NCBI RefSeq assembly: GCF_004010195.1
Contig: NC_057718.1
Span: 30,696,767 to 30,760,766, forward strand
DNA from: Chiloscyllium plagiosum
Lineage: Eukaryota
DNA length: 64,000 bases
Reading direction: 5' to 3'
Shown here one piece after another: positions 51,421-63,412 of the stretch (the first letter of the stretch is position 1; each line of letters begins with the position of its first letter). A program made the position numbers and the translations under genes. The notes beneath the pieces are model-generated. The model saw only the letters and a program-made list of their open reading frames with translations, was not told where the DNA came from and made no database searches.

Positions 51421-52139
51421 ATGATGTGCAGATGGAGCTCAGAGAGAGTACGTGATGGCTGTCTACATGAATCCTTCTGACATTTACTAACTACAATAGT
51501 CCAGCCTGGATTAAAATGGTGGCACAGATACTAGAATCCACAAAGGAGTGGTATATCAAGAGTATCTTTTTAAGAAATAAAGGAGAAAGAAAGCAACATG
51601 GACTGATAATAGCAAGGGTGCTGTCTTGCTCTCTCATGCTCATGCTCAACTCCCATACTCTCTTTCACACTCTGATAATTTCTCAATTTTTCACTCTCTT
51701 TCTTTGACTTTCTCACTCTCTCTTTCACCTTGTTTCACACTCTCATTCTCTCATCTCAAAAACAGCTCCAGTGAAAACTAAACTTAAGAAAATCCATGAG
51801 TCGCCAGGAAATTGAGCTTGTTTGCAAACCTTGTCACTCTTGGGGGAAACAGCTAAACAGGTGAGAATCAGGTTTCACTCTTACAACTCAAAGACTGAAA
51901 ACCTTAAACTGCAATTTCCTTTACCTTCCTGTCTGAACAAATACTTAATTCCCACCCCTACCCCCAACATTCCTTTTGAGTTTATCACCTTGTTTTTACT
52001 TAATGTTGCATTTATTAATTTCTTTCAGGTATAATAGGAAAGAAAACTCCATTCTCTTTCACTAAGAAAACTTTGAAATTGACTCCTTCATTTTTAATCT
52101 GCTTAAAATTTAATTAAAGCATGCTAACTTTTTGCTTCA

Positions 52140-53620
52140 ACAAAAAGGAAAAATATTGCATGTGAGCATGGGAGACTATATGGAGAAAGGTCATAATCTC
52201 CCCTCACTTGGTTATAAAGAGAGTTGGGTGAATTGGGGGTTAGGGATAGGGTGTTCATTGTACATTGAACCCACTGACTAATCGGAGAACATCGGAGTGA
52301 GGAAACAAGATTGTACCTTCAAAAGCTCTTCTCAGAAAAATAAACTGCAAAAAGGTTTCTTGCATTTTTAATGTGGAAGGAGCTAAGATATCCACACTTA
52401 ACATGAATACTTTCATCCAGAAGGATGGACCTGAAAAGCTGAAACTCTTCCCCTGGGGGAATTTAAAGAGATTGCAAAGCACCCAGAGGTTGAATTCTGC
52501 CTGCAAAATTAGGGTACAAGAATAAGAAAGTCTTGCTGCAGTTGTATGGAGTTTAGTGAGACCACATCTGGAGTACTGTGTGTTTTTTGCTATTCATATC
52601 AAAGGAAGAATATATCTGCATTGGAAACAGTACATCAAAAGTTTCCTGGATTGGTTCCTGAGATGAGAGAACTTTCCTACTACGAGAGGCTGAGTAAATT
52701 GTTTCTACAATCTCTATAGAAGAATAAGAGATGATCGCATTTAAGCAGACAAGATTCTGAAGGGGCTTTGTCATTGAATGTACTCTCACCAAATATGACA
52801 CAAAAATAGGTGAGCAGCCAAGTAGTGAGGATGACACAAAAGAGTATTAGAAACAGAAAGACAGTTAATTGAGTGGACAGAAACTTGGTTGATGAAATGT
52901 AACGTGGCAAAATGTGAGTTTATGCACTTCTGCAGGAAGAATAGAACTAAATATTATTTCATTGGAGGCACTGCAGAAAATTTCAAGGATTTTTGGATTC
53001 TTGTTCTTGAATCAGAAAAAGCAAGCAACCAAGTATAAGAGGAAAGGCAAATGGAATGTTTGCTTTTATTTAAAAAAAAGGAATGATAAAAGTGGAAGAC
53101 TTGATAAAACTATGCAAAGCACCAGTCAGACCACATCTGGAATACTGTGAACAGTTTTATTTCCTTATCTAAGGAAACATATGCTGGCATTAGAGGCAGT
53201 CCAGAGAAGTTGTGTTAATTGTAGGCATGGAGGGATTTTCTTAAGAGAATAAGTTGGGTTGAACTTATTGGAGTTGAGAAGACCTTTTAAAACATATACA
53301 TTTATTAGTGGGCTTCACTGGGTAGATGCTGATTGTTTCTCCTTGAGAGGGAGTCTAGGACCATACGGCACAATCTCAGACTCACTCATTTAAGAGCTAC
53401 TTTTTTTTCTCTCAGTGGATAGTGAATCTGTGGAATTCTTTACTCCAGATGGCTATAAATGCTGGGTCATTGCATATTTGAAGTCTGAGATAGACAGACT
53501 TTTCATCAGTAAGGGAATCAAGAATTATGGAGATAATGCAAATAAATGGAGTTGAGGATTATCATCCTGATAGGTCAAATGGCCTACTTCTGTACTTGCA
53601 TCTTAACGTCTTATGGTGAC
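52140..53620 (+). mobile_element. Highly decayed CR1 ORF2 and 3' fragments
   Basis: Repeated gaccacatctgga.tactgtg (RPHLEYC) remnants at ~52560 and ~53130, and a CR1 3'UTR near 53580. Confidence 0.65.
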
Positions 53621-53857
53621 ATGTTGTTATCAGTGCCTCTGGAGTATCAGGATAAGTCTTGATTATTTAGGATCAAGATACCCAGAGCCTGCTTCAGAGA
53701 GGGGCCTGAATCTTTGGAATTCCCAATCCCAGAGAGTTGTGGTTGCTCCATCGATTATATTTAAAGCTGGGGTTGGTATATTTTTTGTCTTTTGAAAGGA
53801 ACAAATAGAAAAGTGGAGTGAAAGCAGAAAATCAGTTACAAATTGCATTCACTCTTG

Positions 53858-54945
53858 GGCTTAGGCATCGCTGGCTAGGCCAGCAATTACTGCCTGTCCC
53901 GAGTTGCCCTTGAGTAGGTGTGGTGAGCTGTCTTTTTGAGTCGCTGCAGTCCACATGCTGTAGATTGTCCTACAATGTCTTTAATGAGGGCATTCCAAGA
54001 TCTTGACCCAGCAACAATGAAGAATAGAAATGTATTTCCACGTCAATATGGAGAACGATTTGGAGGGAAACATGCTAGTGGTAGGCCTCCTATCAGTATC
54101 TGCTAATGTTATCCTTCTGGGTCTTGGGTTTGGAAGGTATTGTCTAAGGATCTTTAGTGAGTTTCTGCAGTACATTTTGTAGATATTACACACTGCTGCT
54201 ACTGAGCATCAGTGGTGGATGCTTGTGGATGTAGTGTCAGGCAGGTGGGCCGCTTTGTCATGGATACATCAAGCTTCTTGAGTGTTGCTGGAGTAGTGCC
54301 AAGCCAGGCAAGTACAGAGTATTTCATCACATTCCTGACTTGTGCCTTGTAGATGGTGGACAGGCTTTGGGACAGGAGATGAGTTAGTCTCTGCCGAATT
54401 ACGAGTCTCTGGCCTGCACTAATAGCCACTGTGTTTATGTGGAAGTCCAGTTGAGTTTTTGCTCACTGGTAACCCCAAGGCTGTTGATAGTGGGGGGATT
54501 CACTGATGATAACACAATTTAAAATCAATGTGCAGCAGTTAGATTGTCTCTTATTGGAGATGGTAATTTCTTGGCATTTTTTTGGCATGAATGTTACTTG
54601 CTACTTGTCAGCCCAAACCTGCCCAGATCTTGTTGCATTCTTCAGTTTATGAGGAGTCATGAATAATACTGAACATTGGGCAGTCATGGGCAAACATCCT
54701 TAATTCTAACCTTACAATGTAGGGAGGTCATTGCTGAAGCAGCTAAAGATGTTTGGGCCTAGGTCACTACTCTGAGGAACTCCTGCAGAGATGTTCTGGA
54801 CCTGAGAAGACTGACCTCCAACAACCACAACCATCTCACTATGTGCCAGGTATGACTCCAACCAGCAGAGAGTTGCCCCCTGATTCCTATTGATTCAAGT
54901 TTTGCTAAGACTCCTTGATGCCACATTTGGTTGAATACAGCCTTG
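53858..54945 (-). mobile_element. LINE 3' portion of a second CR1-group family
   Basis: STIYKAQVRNVMKYSVLAWLGTTPATLKKLD ORF2 C-terminal motif; 3' end differs from HER1. Confidence 0.75.
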
Positions 54946-55714
54946 TTGCAGAGTTCAGATTTCCACTACCCCTTGAGTGAAAATAGCCTCACTCTAATTT
55001 TAAGTTTATGCCCCATTATACTAGATTCCATCAAAAATGGCAATAGTCTTTCTGTATCAACTCTGTTGAATCCCCTTATCTTTTTAAACTGATTGCAACC
55101 AAAAAAAATCTTTATTGAATTCAAATTCATGCCATAGTAGGATTTGAATGACTCTCTTTCTGAGCTGTACATCTAATACCATGAATACAAAGCTACTCTA
55201 CCCAATCCAGCTGAGGTTAGCAAAACATATGAATTATTCAATTTAACATTGATTATCCTTGGTTCATTGGGAACACAAGAGAAAGGTTCCCAGCAAACCA
55301 ACAGCATTTCTTATTAACATTTATTTTGGTGGTTTTCCAGCAGCATGACAAAGGAAACTACAACACTGCCATTATGGATGGAAAAACAATGAAAACAGGT
55401 AGTGTCCCTGAATTCTCTTCTAAAAATATCCATTTGTTTATTTAAAGCCCCAAGCTCACCAGAAAGGAGGGATAATCTGGCTTACTCTGCCTAGTTCATG
55501 TTCATATTCTGTTCCTATTTGCATTGTATATTGCGTATAATCCACATTCATAGACACTTCTTATTCCCATTTTATACAATTCTTAACCCATGTGTATGGA
55601 TATTTCATACGATAAGGATATCAAAATGTTTCCCATATAAATATCATTAGCTATTATTGTCAAAGGATGATGAGAAATCTCAGCCCACTATTAAATGGAT
55701 ATTTGAAGACTTGA

Positions 55715-56143
55715 ACATTGCTGAAAAGAGAGATATTGCTGAAAGTTTGTGTGTCACATAAAGCAAGTATAAATGAGCACATGACTAGCTTGAATGATTT
55801 TCTTAAAATAGCTCCTAGTGTAACTGTTAGCACACTTAGGATTGATTAGGATAAAAGCAACATACTTTCAAATGCAGGGGCTCATTCTCTGCAAACAAAG
55901 CGGTATATGTTCAGGCCTTGTGCCTTCTTTGTATTACTTGGAAGTTTGGGAAGCCTATAGTTGCCCATTAGTTGAGACTAATGTCATAGAGAAACCAACC
56001 AGAGTTAACCAGCCAATTAATGAGCACCCAATTCTCCTATAGTATAAATTGTTATGACCTCTTAACATATTCGCATTCTTGCATTTGTCCTGATGAGTGC
56101 GAGACAAAATGCTCTGGCAACATGTCTCTCTTTTCAGCAATAT
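55715..56143. mobile_element. Old PLE foldback element (family F)
   Basis: Terminal inverted match aacattgctgaaaagagaga / tctctcttttcagcaatatt; CTGATGAG relic at 56090. Confidence 0.55.
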
Positions 56144-57350
56144 TTAAACCAAAAGTTATTAAGATTTGTGGTCTATAAATTGATTTATTGACACACATTG
56201 TTCAAACCTCATAATTAATTATTGATGTACATCTTTTCCTTTATTTAATTCTTTGAAAGGCAAAACTGACTTTTTTTTCAGATGGAACTTTATAAAATTG
56301 CTGAAAATATTGTTTGATCAACGTTCAATTTTGTGAAGTTCCATGTTAATAGAGGCGCAAAAAGAAATGCAATTCTATGAAAACTAAACAGAAATTGCAA
56401 TAGAATAAAATGTTCCCACATTAAACATGGCATGTCTCAAATTGTGCATTTGAATGGAGCATTTGTTTGCTTTAAGACTTTCTTGCAGCATCCAAAGAAA
56501 TACAGCAGATTGTGAAGCAAAAGGATGAAATGGCAAATTGTACAAGGTCAAAATGTTGTAGACAACTATTGTCTGATGAAAATGTTAAACCTCTTTTAAT
56601 GATACATTGATAAAGAAATATTTGTACACATTATTATTAAATTATAAGCCTATCATTTTCAAACCAAAGTCTAGCAAGTCCCCATGTATTTTAAGTTATC
56701 CACTCTTCACTTATCCAGAACAGTATCAAGAACATCTCACCCATTATAACCATGTTCGCTGATGTACAATGAACACCATCCCCAAATAGCTCAAATTTAA
56801 AATTCTCAATCTTGTTTTTTTCTCAAACCTCTCTGTGCATTCTCCTATCTATCAATAGACTCTCAATCATATTCTTCTCAGTTCAGAATTGCTCCCCCCC
56901 TTTCACTTCACTATCATAGAAGTGGTCTTCAACCATGTAGATCTCACACACAGCAATTGTCATTTTAAACCCTTCTCTTTGAAGAGCTTCTTTAAAACTC
57001 ATCTTTATGACCAAACATTGGGCATTGATCCTTACCTGTCCATAGCTCAACATCTATTTCATTTTATGCTTCAGTGTGGTATCAATGGAGAAGAGGTCAT
57101 CGATTGTCAGGACCAACCTGGCTTCATTTGGGTCACATTTCAGCATAGGTGTGGTGAGTTGTAGGCTTGAGGGGACTGTTGGAGATGAAGACATAAATGA
57201 ATTGAGAGGAACATATGGAAGCTTGAACTTGATGGGTTTGACAGGGAATGTGAGGAAGAAAGGGACTTGCAGGTTTTGGGGTTGGGTATACATCTTAATT
57301 ACCAGACTGAGCCTGCAACTGACTGCACCAATCACAATCTGTGTTATACA

Positions 57351-58080
57351 GTCATAGAGTCATAGAGAAGTAAAGCGCAGAAACAGACCCTTCACTCCAT
57401 CTCATCCATGCTGACCAGATATCCCAACCTAATCTAGTCCCACTTGCCAGCACCAGGCCATATCCGTCCAAACCCTTCCTATTCATGTACCCATCCAGAT
57501 GCCTTTTAAATATTGCAATTGTAACAGCCTCCACCACTTCCACTGGCAGCACATTCCATATACAGGGCAGAAGTACTGCAGATGCTAGAGATTAGAGTCA
57601 AGACTAGAGTGGTGCTGGAAAAGCACAGCAGGTCAGAAGCAGGAAAATTGAGAGGAACATATGGAAAAAGCCCTTCATCAGGAATGAATCAGCACATTCC
57701 ATACACATACCACCTTCTGCATGAAAATGTTGCCCAATAGGACTCTTCTTTTTCTTTTCCCTCTCACCTTAAACCTATGCCCTCTAGTTCTGGACTCCCC
57801 AACCCAGGGAAATGCCCTACATGATTTTATAAACCTCTCTAAGGTCACCCCTCAGCCTCTGATGCTCCAGGTAAAACACCCCCAGCCTGTTCAGCCTCTC
57901 CCTAAAGCTCAAATCCTCCAACCATGGCAACATCAAAATCTTTTCTGAACCTTTTCAAGTTTCACATCATCCTTCCGATAACGTCCTCTGACCAATAAAG
58001 GAAAGCATAGCAAACACCTTCTTCACTATCCTATCTACCTGCGACTTCACTTTCAAGGTGCTATGAACCCACACTCCAAG
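57351..58080 (-). mobile_element. CR1/HER1 3' portion, interrupted by a PLE
   Basis: gtcatagagtcataga tail; LPVEVVEAVTIAIFKRHLDGYMNRKG. Confidence 0.9.
57565..57689 (-). mobile_element. PLE family B mini-insertion
   Basis: TSD cagcacattccata(t/c)aca (57547-57564/57690-57707). Confidence 0.85.
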
Positions 58081-58343
58081 TTGGTTTTCCTTGTTATGCA
58101 AATTGTAAGTGCAAAATGGAAATGGCTAAAAGTACACTCAGAATGGATAAGGTGAATGTTTTAATCTATCTGACCATATTGGCTCTTCATTTGAGTGATG
58201 TGAGGCCCTTTAAGGGGCAATTGCATTAATTAGGCACTTAAGCATAACAGGTTGAAGACATCTATAATTATAGTACCCTGCATATAAACTGTATGCGGCA
58301 TTCTGCTGTGTGGGATACAAATCCAAGTCACTAGTAACCACTG

Positions 58344-58409
58344 GTCACAGAGTCACAGAGTCACAGAGTCACAGAGTCACAGAGTCACAGAGTCACAGAG
58401 TCACAGAGT
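58344..58409. repeat. (GTCACAGA)8 perfect tandem repeat, an expanded CR1 3' tail
   Basis: 8-bp unit repeated 8 times, abutting a minus-strand CR1 3'UTR. Confidence 0.9.
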
Positions 58410-59475
58410 AAGAAACAAGCCTTTGAGCCCTCCATATTGATACTGATCAGCAAACTACACTAATCCCATTTACCTGCACTTAGGTGCATTGCTTACTCTG
58501 CTCTTGCATTTTAAGTGCTCATCCAGATGCTTCTTTACTGTTGCAAAAGTGCATGCCCTCACCACTCTCACAGATGGCACATTGTATATTTCTATCACCC
58601 TCTGGGTGAAAAAGTCTTTCCTCAGATCTCATCTTAATTCACTTTCTCCACACCTTAAACTTGTGCTCTCTGGTCTTAAACACACTGTCATGGGGAAAAG
58701 ATTTTCACAATCTACCTTATGTATGCTTCTCATTGTTCTGTATCAGATCCACCCCTGACCCTGATTAACCTCCTCGCTCTAAGGAAATCATACCCAGCCT
58801 ATCTGGTCTGTCCTCATAACTGAGATTTTTCATCCAAGGCAACATCCTGGTGAATCTCCTCTGCACCCTCGCCAGCGCAATTATGTCCTTCTGATAATGT
58901 GGCAACGGGATCCCAGGTTCAATTCCAGCCTTAGGCAACTGTCTGTGTGGAATTTGCACATTCTCCCCATGTCTGCCTGGGTTTCCTCCGAGTGCTCTGG
59001 CTTCCTCCCACAGTCCAAAGATGTGCAGGTTAGGTGGATTGGCTATGCTAAATTGCTCATAGTGTTCAGAGATGTGTAGGTTAGGTGCATTTGTCAGGGA
59101 AAATGTAGAGTAATAGGGCAGGGGAATGGATCTGGATGGTTTAGTCTTCTGAGGGTCAGTATGGACCCGTTGGGCCAAATGGCCTGTCTCCACACTGCAG
59201 GGATTCAATGAGGACTGCGCGCAGTACTCTATCTCTGGCCTGACCAATGTTTATTAAAGTCATAAGAAGGCTTTCTAGTTCCTACATTCTACACTCCAAC
59301 TAATGAAAGCAAGCAAGATACCTTCAGGGATCTACGAGCTTGTACACCAAGGATCCCTTTCTTCCTCAGTACTCCCTAGGAACCCACCATTCATTCTATA
59401 TAATATTCCTTTATTAGATCTCCCAAAATGCATCACTTTGCACTTATCAGGATTAAATTCTATCTGCCATTGCTT
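58410..59475 (-). mobile_element. Old CR1 3' portion with a nested HE1 SINE
   Basis: VRPEIEYCAQS and PHYQKDIIALARVQRRFTRMLP flank the SINE. Confidence 0.82.
58900..59208 (+). mobile_element. HE1 SINE, 5' truncated
   Basis: B box ggttcaattcc, V-domain and tail. Confidence 0.88.
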
Positions 59476-60122
59476 TGTTCAGTTTCAGACTGTAGCCTGA
59501 GACCATCCTCTTCATTATCATCAATAACCCCTGCAAGACCTGCAGCAAATTCTGGTGACTGCCAAATAGCCTCCACATGAAGAAGTTGCAGCTGAAGATC
59601 CCTTCAGGATGAACACAAAATACAGTAGGCCCAGAGTCTACTGTCCTTAAAGCTATTTGCCCTAGATGAGCAAGGTACCATATCACTACACATTGAGGAT
59701 GTCTCGAGAACTTGTCTTAGGACTATGCTAGCTGCTGCAATGGCTAGCCATACTATTCCAGTGACCATTAAGTGATAACTGTGCTCAACCTTTATGCAAC
59801 TGGCTTCTTCCAATGATCAACTGGAGACCTTTGAGAACTTGCAGTTATATTTGTAAGTTAAGGAATGTATCAAGGCTGTTACAGATGTGAAATGATCACA
59901 CCACTTCATTACATTTCCTCATGATTAGGTCAATGTAGCAACCTGGATGTAGGCTTTGCAAACATAACTGCATTTCCATGGTGCAGGATGCTATCAACAT
60001 TGACAGTGCCATATTATAACTGGTTGACTTCTTCAACTGATGAAAGATTCAGTTCCATCAAACTACAAGTCAACTGTGATCATTAGTACCACATCTTCAA
60101 AGTCTGTGCCAGGTACCATGGG

Positions 60123-61304
60123 TAGACAAACATGAGGCTGGAAAAAGACAGCAAGCCAGGCAGCATCAGGAGGTGGAGAACTCGACATTTAGGATGTAAC
60201 CCTTCTTCAGAACTGGGTGCGGGTATAAGGGGAGCTGCAGATAAAAGGGGTGGCAGGAGCAGGGAAGTGAAGTGGGGTTAGGTGAAGACAGGCAGAGGGT
60301 ACAACCTGATTAGTCTATGGGAGGAATGGATCTAGTAAAGGGGGGAGGGGCTGGGAAGGGAATTCAGGGATGGGAAGGGAGGTTATTTGAAATTGGAAAA
60401 CTCAGTGTTGACTACCCTCCAAGCTGTAGACTACCCAGGCAGAAGATGAGGTGTTGTTCTTCCAATTTGTAGTTTGGTTTGTTGTGCAATGGAAGAGGCC
60501 AAGGATGGTCATGTCGGAAAGGGAGTGGGAAGGGGAATTAAAATGGGTGGTGACTGGGAGGTCCAGTCAGCCCCCGCAGGTCTGGCTGAGAGGCTCGGTG
60601 AGGCGTTCCCTAAGTTTACATCTGGTCTCCCTAATATAGAGAAGACCACATTGGGAGCACCGGATACAATAAACTAGGTTGGAGGAAAGGCAGGTGAACC
60701 TGTGTCTCACCTGAAAGGACTGTTTGGGGCCCTGGATGGAGCTGGGTGGAGGGGAGTGGGGTAGGGGTTGGTGAACTGTCAGGTTTTGCATCTTTTCTAG
60801 TTACAGGGATAGGTACCTGGATGTTTGGGGGGTGTTGGTGCGGAGAGTGGTGCAAACCAAGGACTGGCAGAGGGAATTATCCTTGCAGGAAGCAGAGATT
60901 GGTGGGGAGGGGAAGATATTCTTGGTGGTGGGGTCTAGTTGGATTTGGCGGAAGTGTTTAAGGATGATACATTGGATGCGGAGACTGGCAGGGTGGTAGG
61001 TGTGGACAAGGGGCACTCTGTCTTTATTACATTTGAAGAATGGGAAGGGCAGTGAAACAGAGAATGGAGGTGTTGCAGTGGAGGGCCGTCTGGATGACAG
61101 AGAGGGGAAAAGCATGTTGTTCGAAATAGGTGGACATCTGGGATGCTTGGGAATGGAATGTCTCCTTGTCCGAGCAGATGCAACGGAGGTGGAGAAATTG
61201 GGAGAACAGGATGGAGTTCTTGCTGGATACTGGGTGCTGTGTTCTTCCAGCCTCCTGCTTGTCCAACTTGAATTCCAGCGTCGCAGTTTTTTTTGTCTAT
61301 AACA
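60123..61304 (-). mobile_element. Penelope-like element (family E) with GIY-YIG domain and inverted terminal piece
   Basis: RVPLVHTYHP..IILKHFR; FTCLSSNLVYCIRCSQCGLLYIRETRCKLRERLTE; inverted short arm at ~61222-61300; TSD aggtacc(a/g)tggg (60111-60122/61305-61316). Confidence 0.9.
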
Positions 61305-61392
61305 AGGTACCGTGGGAGCTGCCATGATGCCTATATCTCTGAGAACTCTCATATTCCTGTTTCATTTCAAGGGCTGGATGTTTTCTGAGGAT

Positions 61393-61742
61393 TCATGAGC
61401 GGCATGAATAGGGTGAATAACCAAAGTTTTTTTCCTAGGGTTGGGGCAGTCCAAAACCAGAGGGCATAGGTTTAAGGTGAGGGGGGATAGATTTAAAAAG
61501 GGACCTGAGGGGCATCTTTTTCACACAGAAGGTGGTCTGTATATGGAACAAGCTGCCAGAGGAAGTGGTGGAGGCTGGTAAATGACAACATTTAACAGGC
61601 ATCTGAATGGGTATATGATTTGGAAGGTTTAGGGGGATACGGGCCAAATGCTGGCAAATGAGACCACCTCAGATTGGGATGTCTAGTCGGCACTGACAAG
61701 TTGGACCGAAGGGTGTATATCTGCATTGTATGACTCTGTGAC
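61393..61742 (+). mobile_element. CR1 3' end
   Basis: CR1 3' motifs, tatgactctgtgactct tail, flanks tct(g/a)aggat. Confidence 0.85.
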
Positions 61743-63412
61743 TCTAAGGATGGTTACCAGGAGACAAGAGCCACCCTCTGCAACATTGGCTGATAATTCC
61801 ATTGTGCAACCCCCTGTCTGGGGCGGAGCATAAATGTAATGGCAGACCATTCTTCAACCAGGGGCCACGGTGAGGGAGATGATAGGTTGGCTGAAGATAA
61901 AGTTCTAATGCTTGGTTTGGTCTAAGCATTAGACTGAAGACAGAAATTGCCTCATAGTCCTAGCATGCTGCGTTCTACAACCCTAAAGTAGATGAGAGAT
62001 AGAGCAGCAGACTTCTGAGGATGAAGATGAACACATTTGAACGGAAGGGACATCAACTTCTGCATAATATAGAACATTGCAGCTTCAGGCACAACAAGCC
62101 ACACAGGACTTAATTGCCACCAGATTCCAACAGATGTGAGCTGTGTGCCATGATTAATTGTCCATTTTCTTTGATTGAAACTCAAAAGCTCTGTTCCCAG
62201 AAGCAAATACAGCTTTTGGTTGCTTTTACCCTTTGTTTTTGCTGAATAAACGTGTATGCTTTCAACCATTTGCAAGCTATCTAGTATGTGATTCACGCAC
62301 ATTGAGCAATGAGAAGATGTTATGCTTCAGTAGGCATTGGGATAGGTGTAGCAGTCCTTAGCTAAGGTTCTAAGATGGGATGATGCTAAGAACAGGTAAC
62401 CTGTGTAATTTGATTCTTACAGCTGCTGCTACAGTGACTATCAATCAGACTAGTGATGCACATTTACACATGTGTATTTGTGTTTGCACTGAAATATCAG
62501 CTGTGCCACCTATGTGCCCTCAGAAGCATTTACTTTTGGTTCCCCTCCCCTACGTGCAGTGAAGAGTTATTTGCAGCTGGCAGCTCTTGACCTGATGCGC
62601 GGGTGGGCTTTAAGTAAGGCACTGGTGCCAGAATCCTGGGAGGTCCCAGCAGAAGGAGTACATCTGCCATTGCTGAAAGATAATGCAAGCAGGGAGCCAT
62701 GGTAAGTACCTAATGAGGCATGTTGTAGTGATTAATGTCCGAAAACCCACTAGGGCCCATGAAGAGAAAGTCTCCATGAAACTCGCTGAAATGGGCACTT
62801 AGCTGATTTCTGGAAAAATTCAGTCCATTGACTGTGTTCCTTTACAGGCACTGTCTGGGGTGATGAGCATTCCAGCCTTTTTGTTTCTCTCCCTAAGTCT
62901 TAGCTCCTGCAACTCTGTGTGTATCTTTCGGTAATTAGGATGTATCTGTGTAGGGAGAGAGGGTGCCTTTTATATTTACCAAACAGAAATTATACAGTAT
63001 GGATTCCTCAGTGGCTTGTATTAGAAAATCTGAAATATAATGACAAAATTCAATATATGCCAGACCTCCAGCAAAATATAGAGACTACATGGGTTTCCAT
63101 AAGATCATATCTCACTAATAATGTACTGGGGGGTGATGAACGTGGTGGCATTGTGGTAATGTCACTCCTCTACAAATCCAGAGACCCAGATTCATGCTCT
63201 GGAGGCATAGGTTCAAATTCCAACAGAGCAGCTTTTGACATGTTAATTAAATTAATCATAGATGTCTATATATTAAAAGCATCAAGGGATATGGGGTAGT
63301 ACTGGAAATGGTGTGATCACCAGCCATGATCTCAATGAATAGTAAAGTGGATTTGAAGTGCTGAATGACCTATTCCTGCTCGTGAAAAAGAAGTGTGCAT
63401 CTGGATTATTAC

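Larger units (their letters stand above)
59630..62030 (+). pseudogene. Near full-length PIF/Harbinger transposase fossil with two nested insertions
   Basis: PRVY..LRMSRELV..LC; VLNLYATGFFQ*STGDL; CIKAVTD; FITFP; VQDAIN; LQVNCDH..KVCARY [PLE] GSCHDAYI [CR1] GWLPGDKSHPLQHWLIIPLCNP..AEHKCN..IGWLKIKF*CL..IVLACCVL. Confidence 0.85.

Noticed and set aside
58344..58409. CRISPR-like array
   Set aside because: It is a spacer-less 8-bp tandem repeat in eukaryotic DNA.
59630..62030. Functional HARBI1 gene
   Set aside because: Multiple stops, frameshifts and nested insertions.
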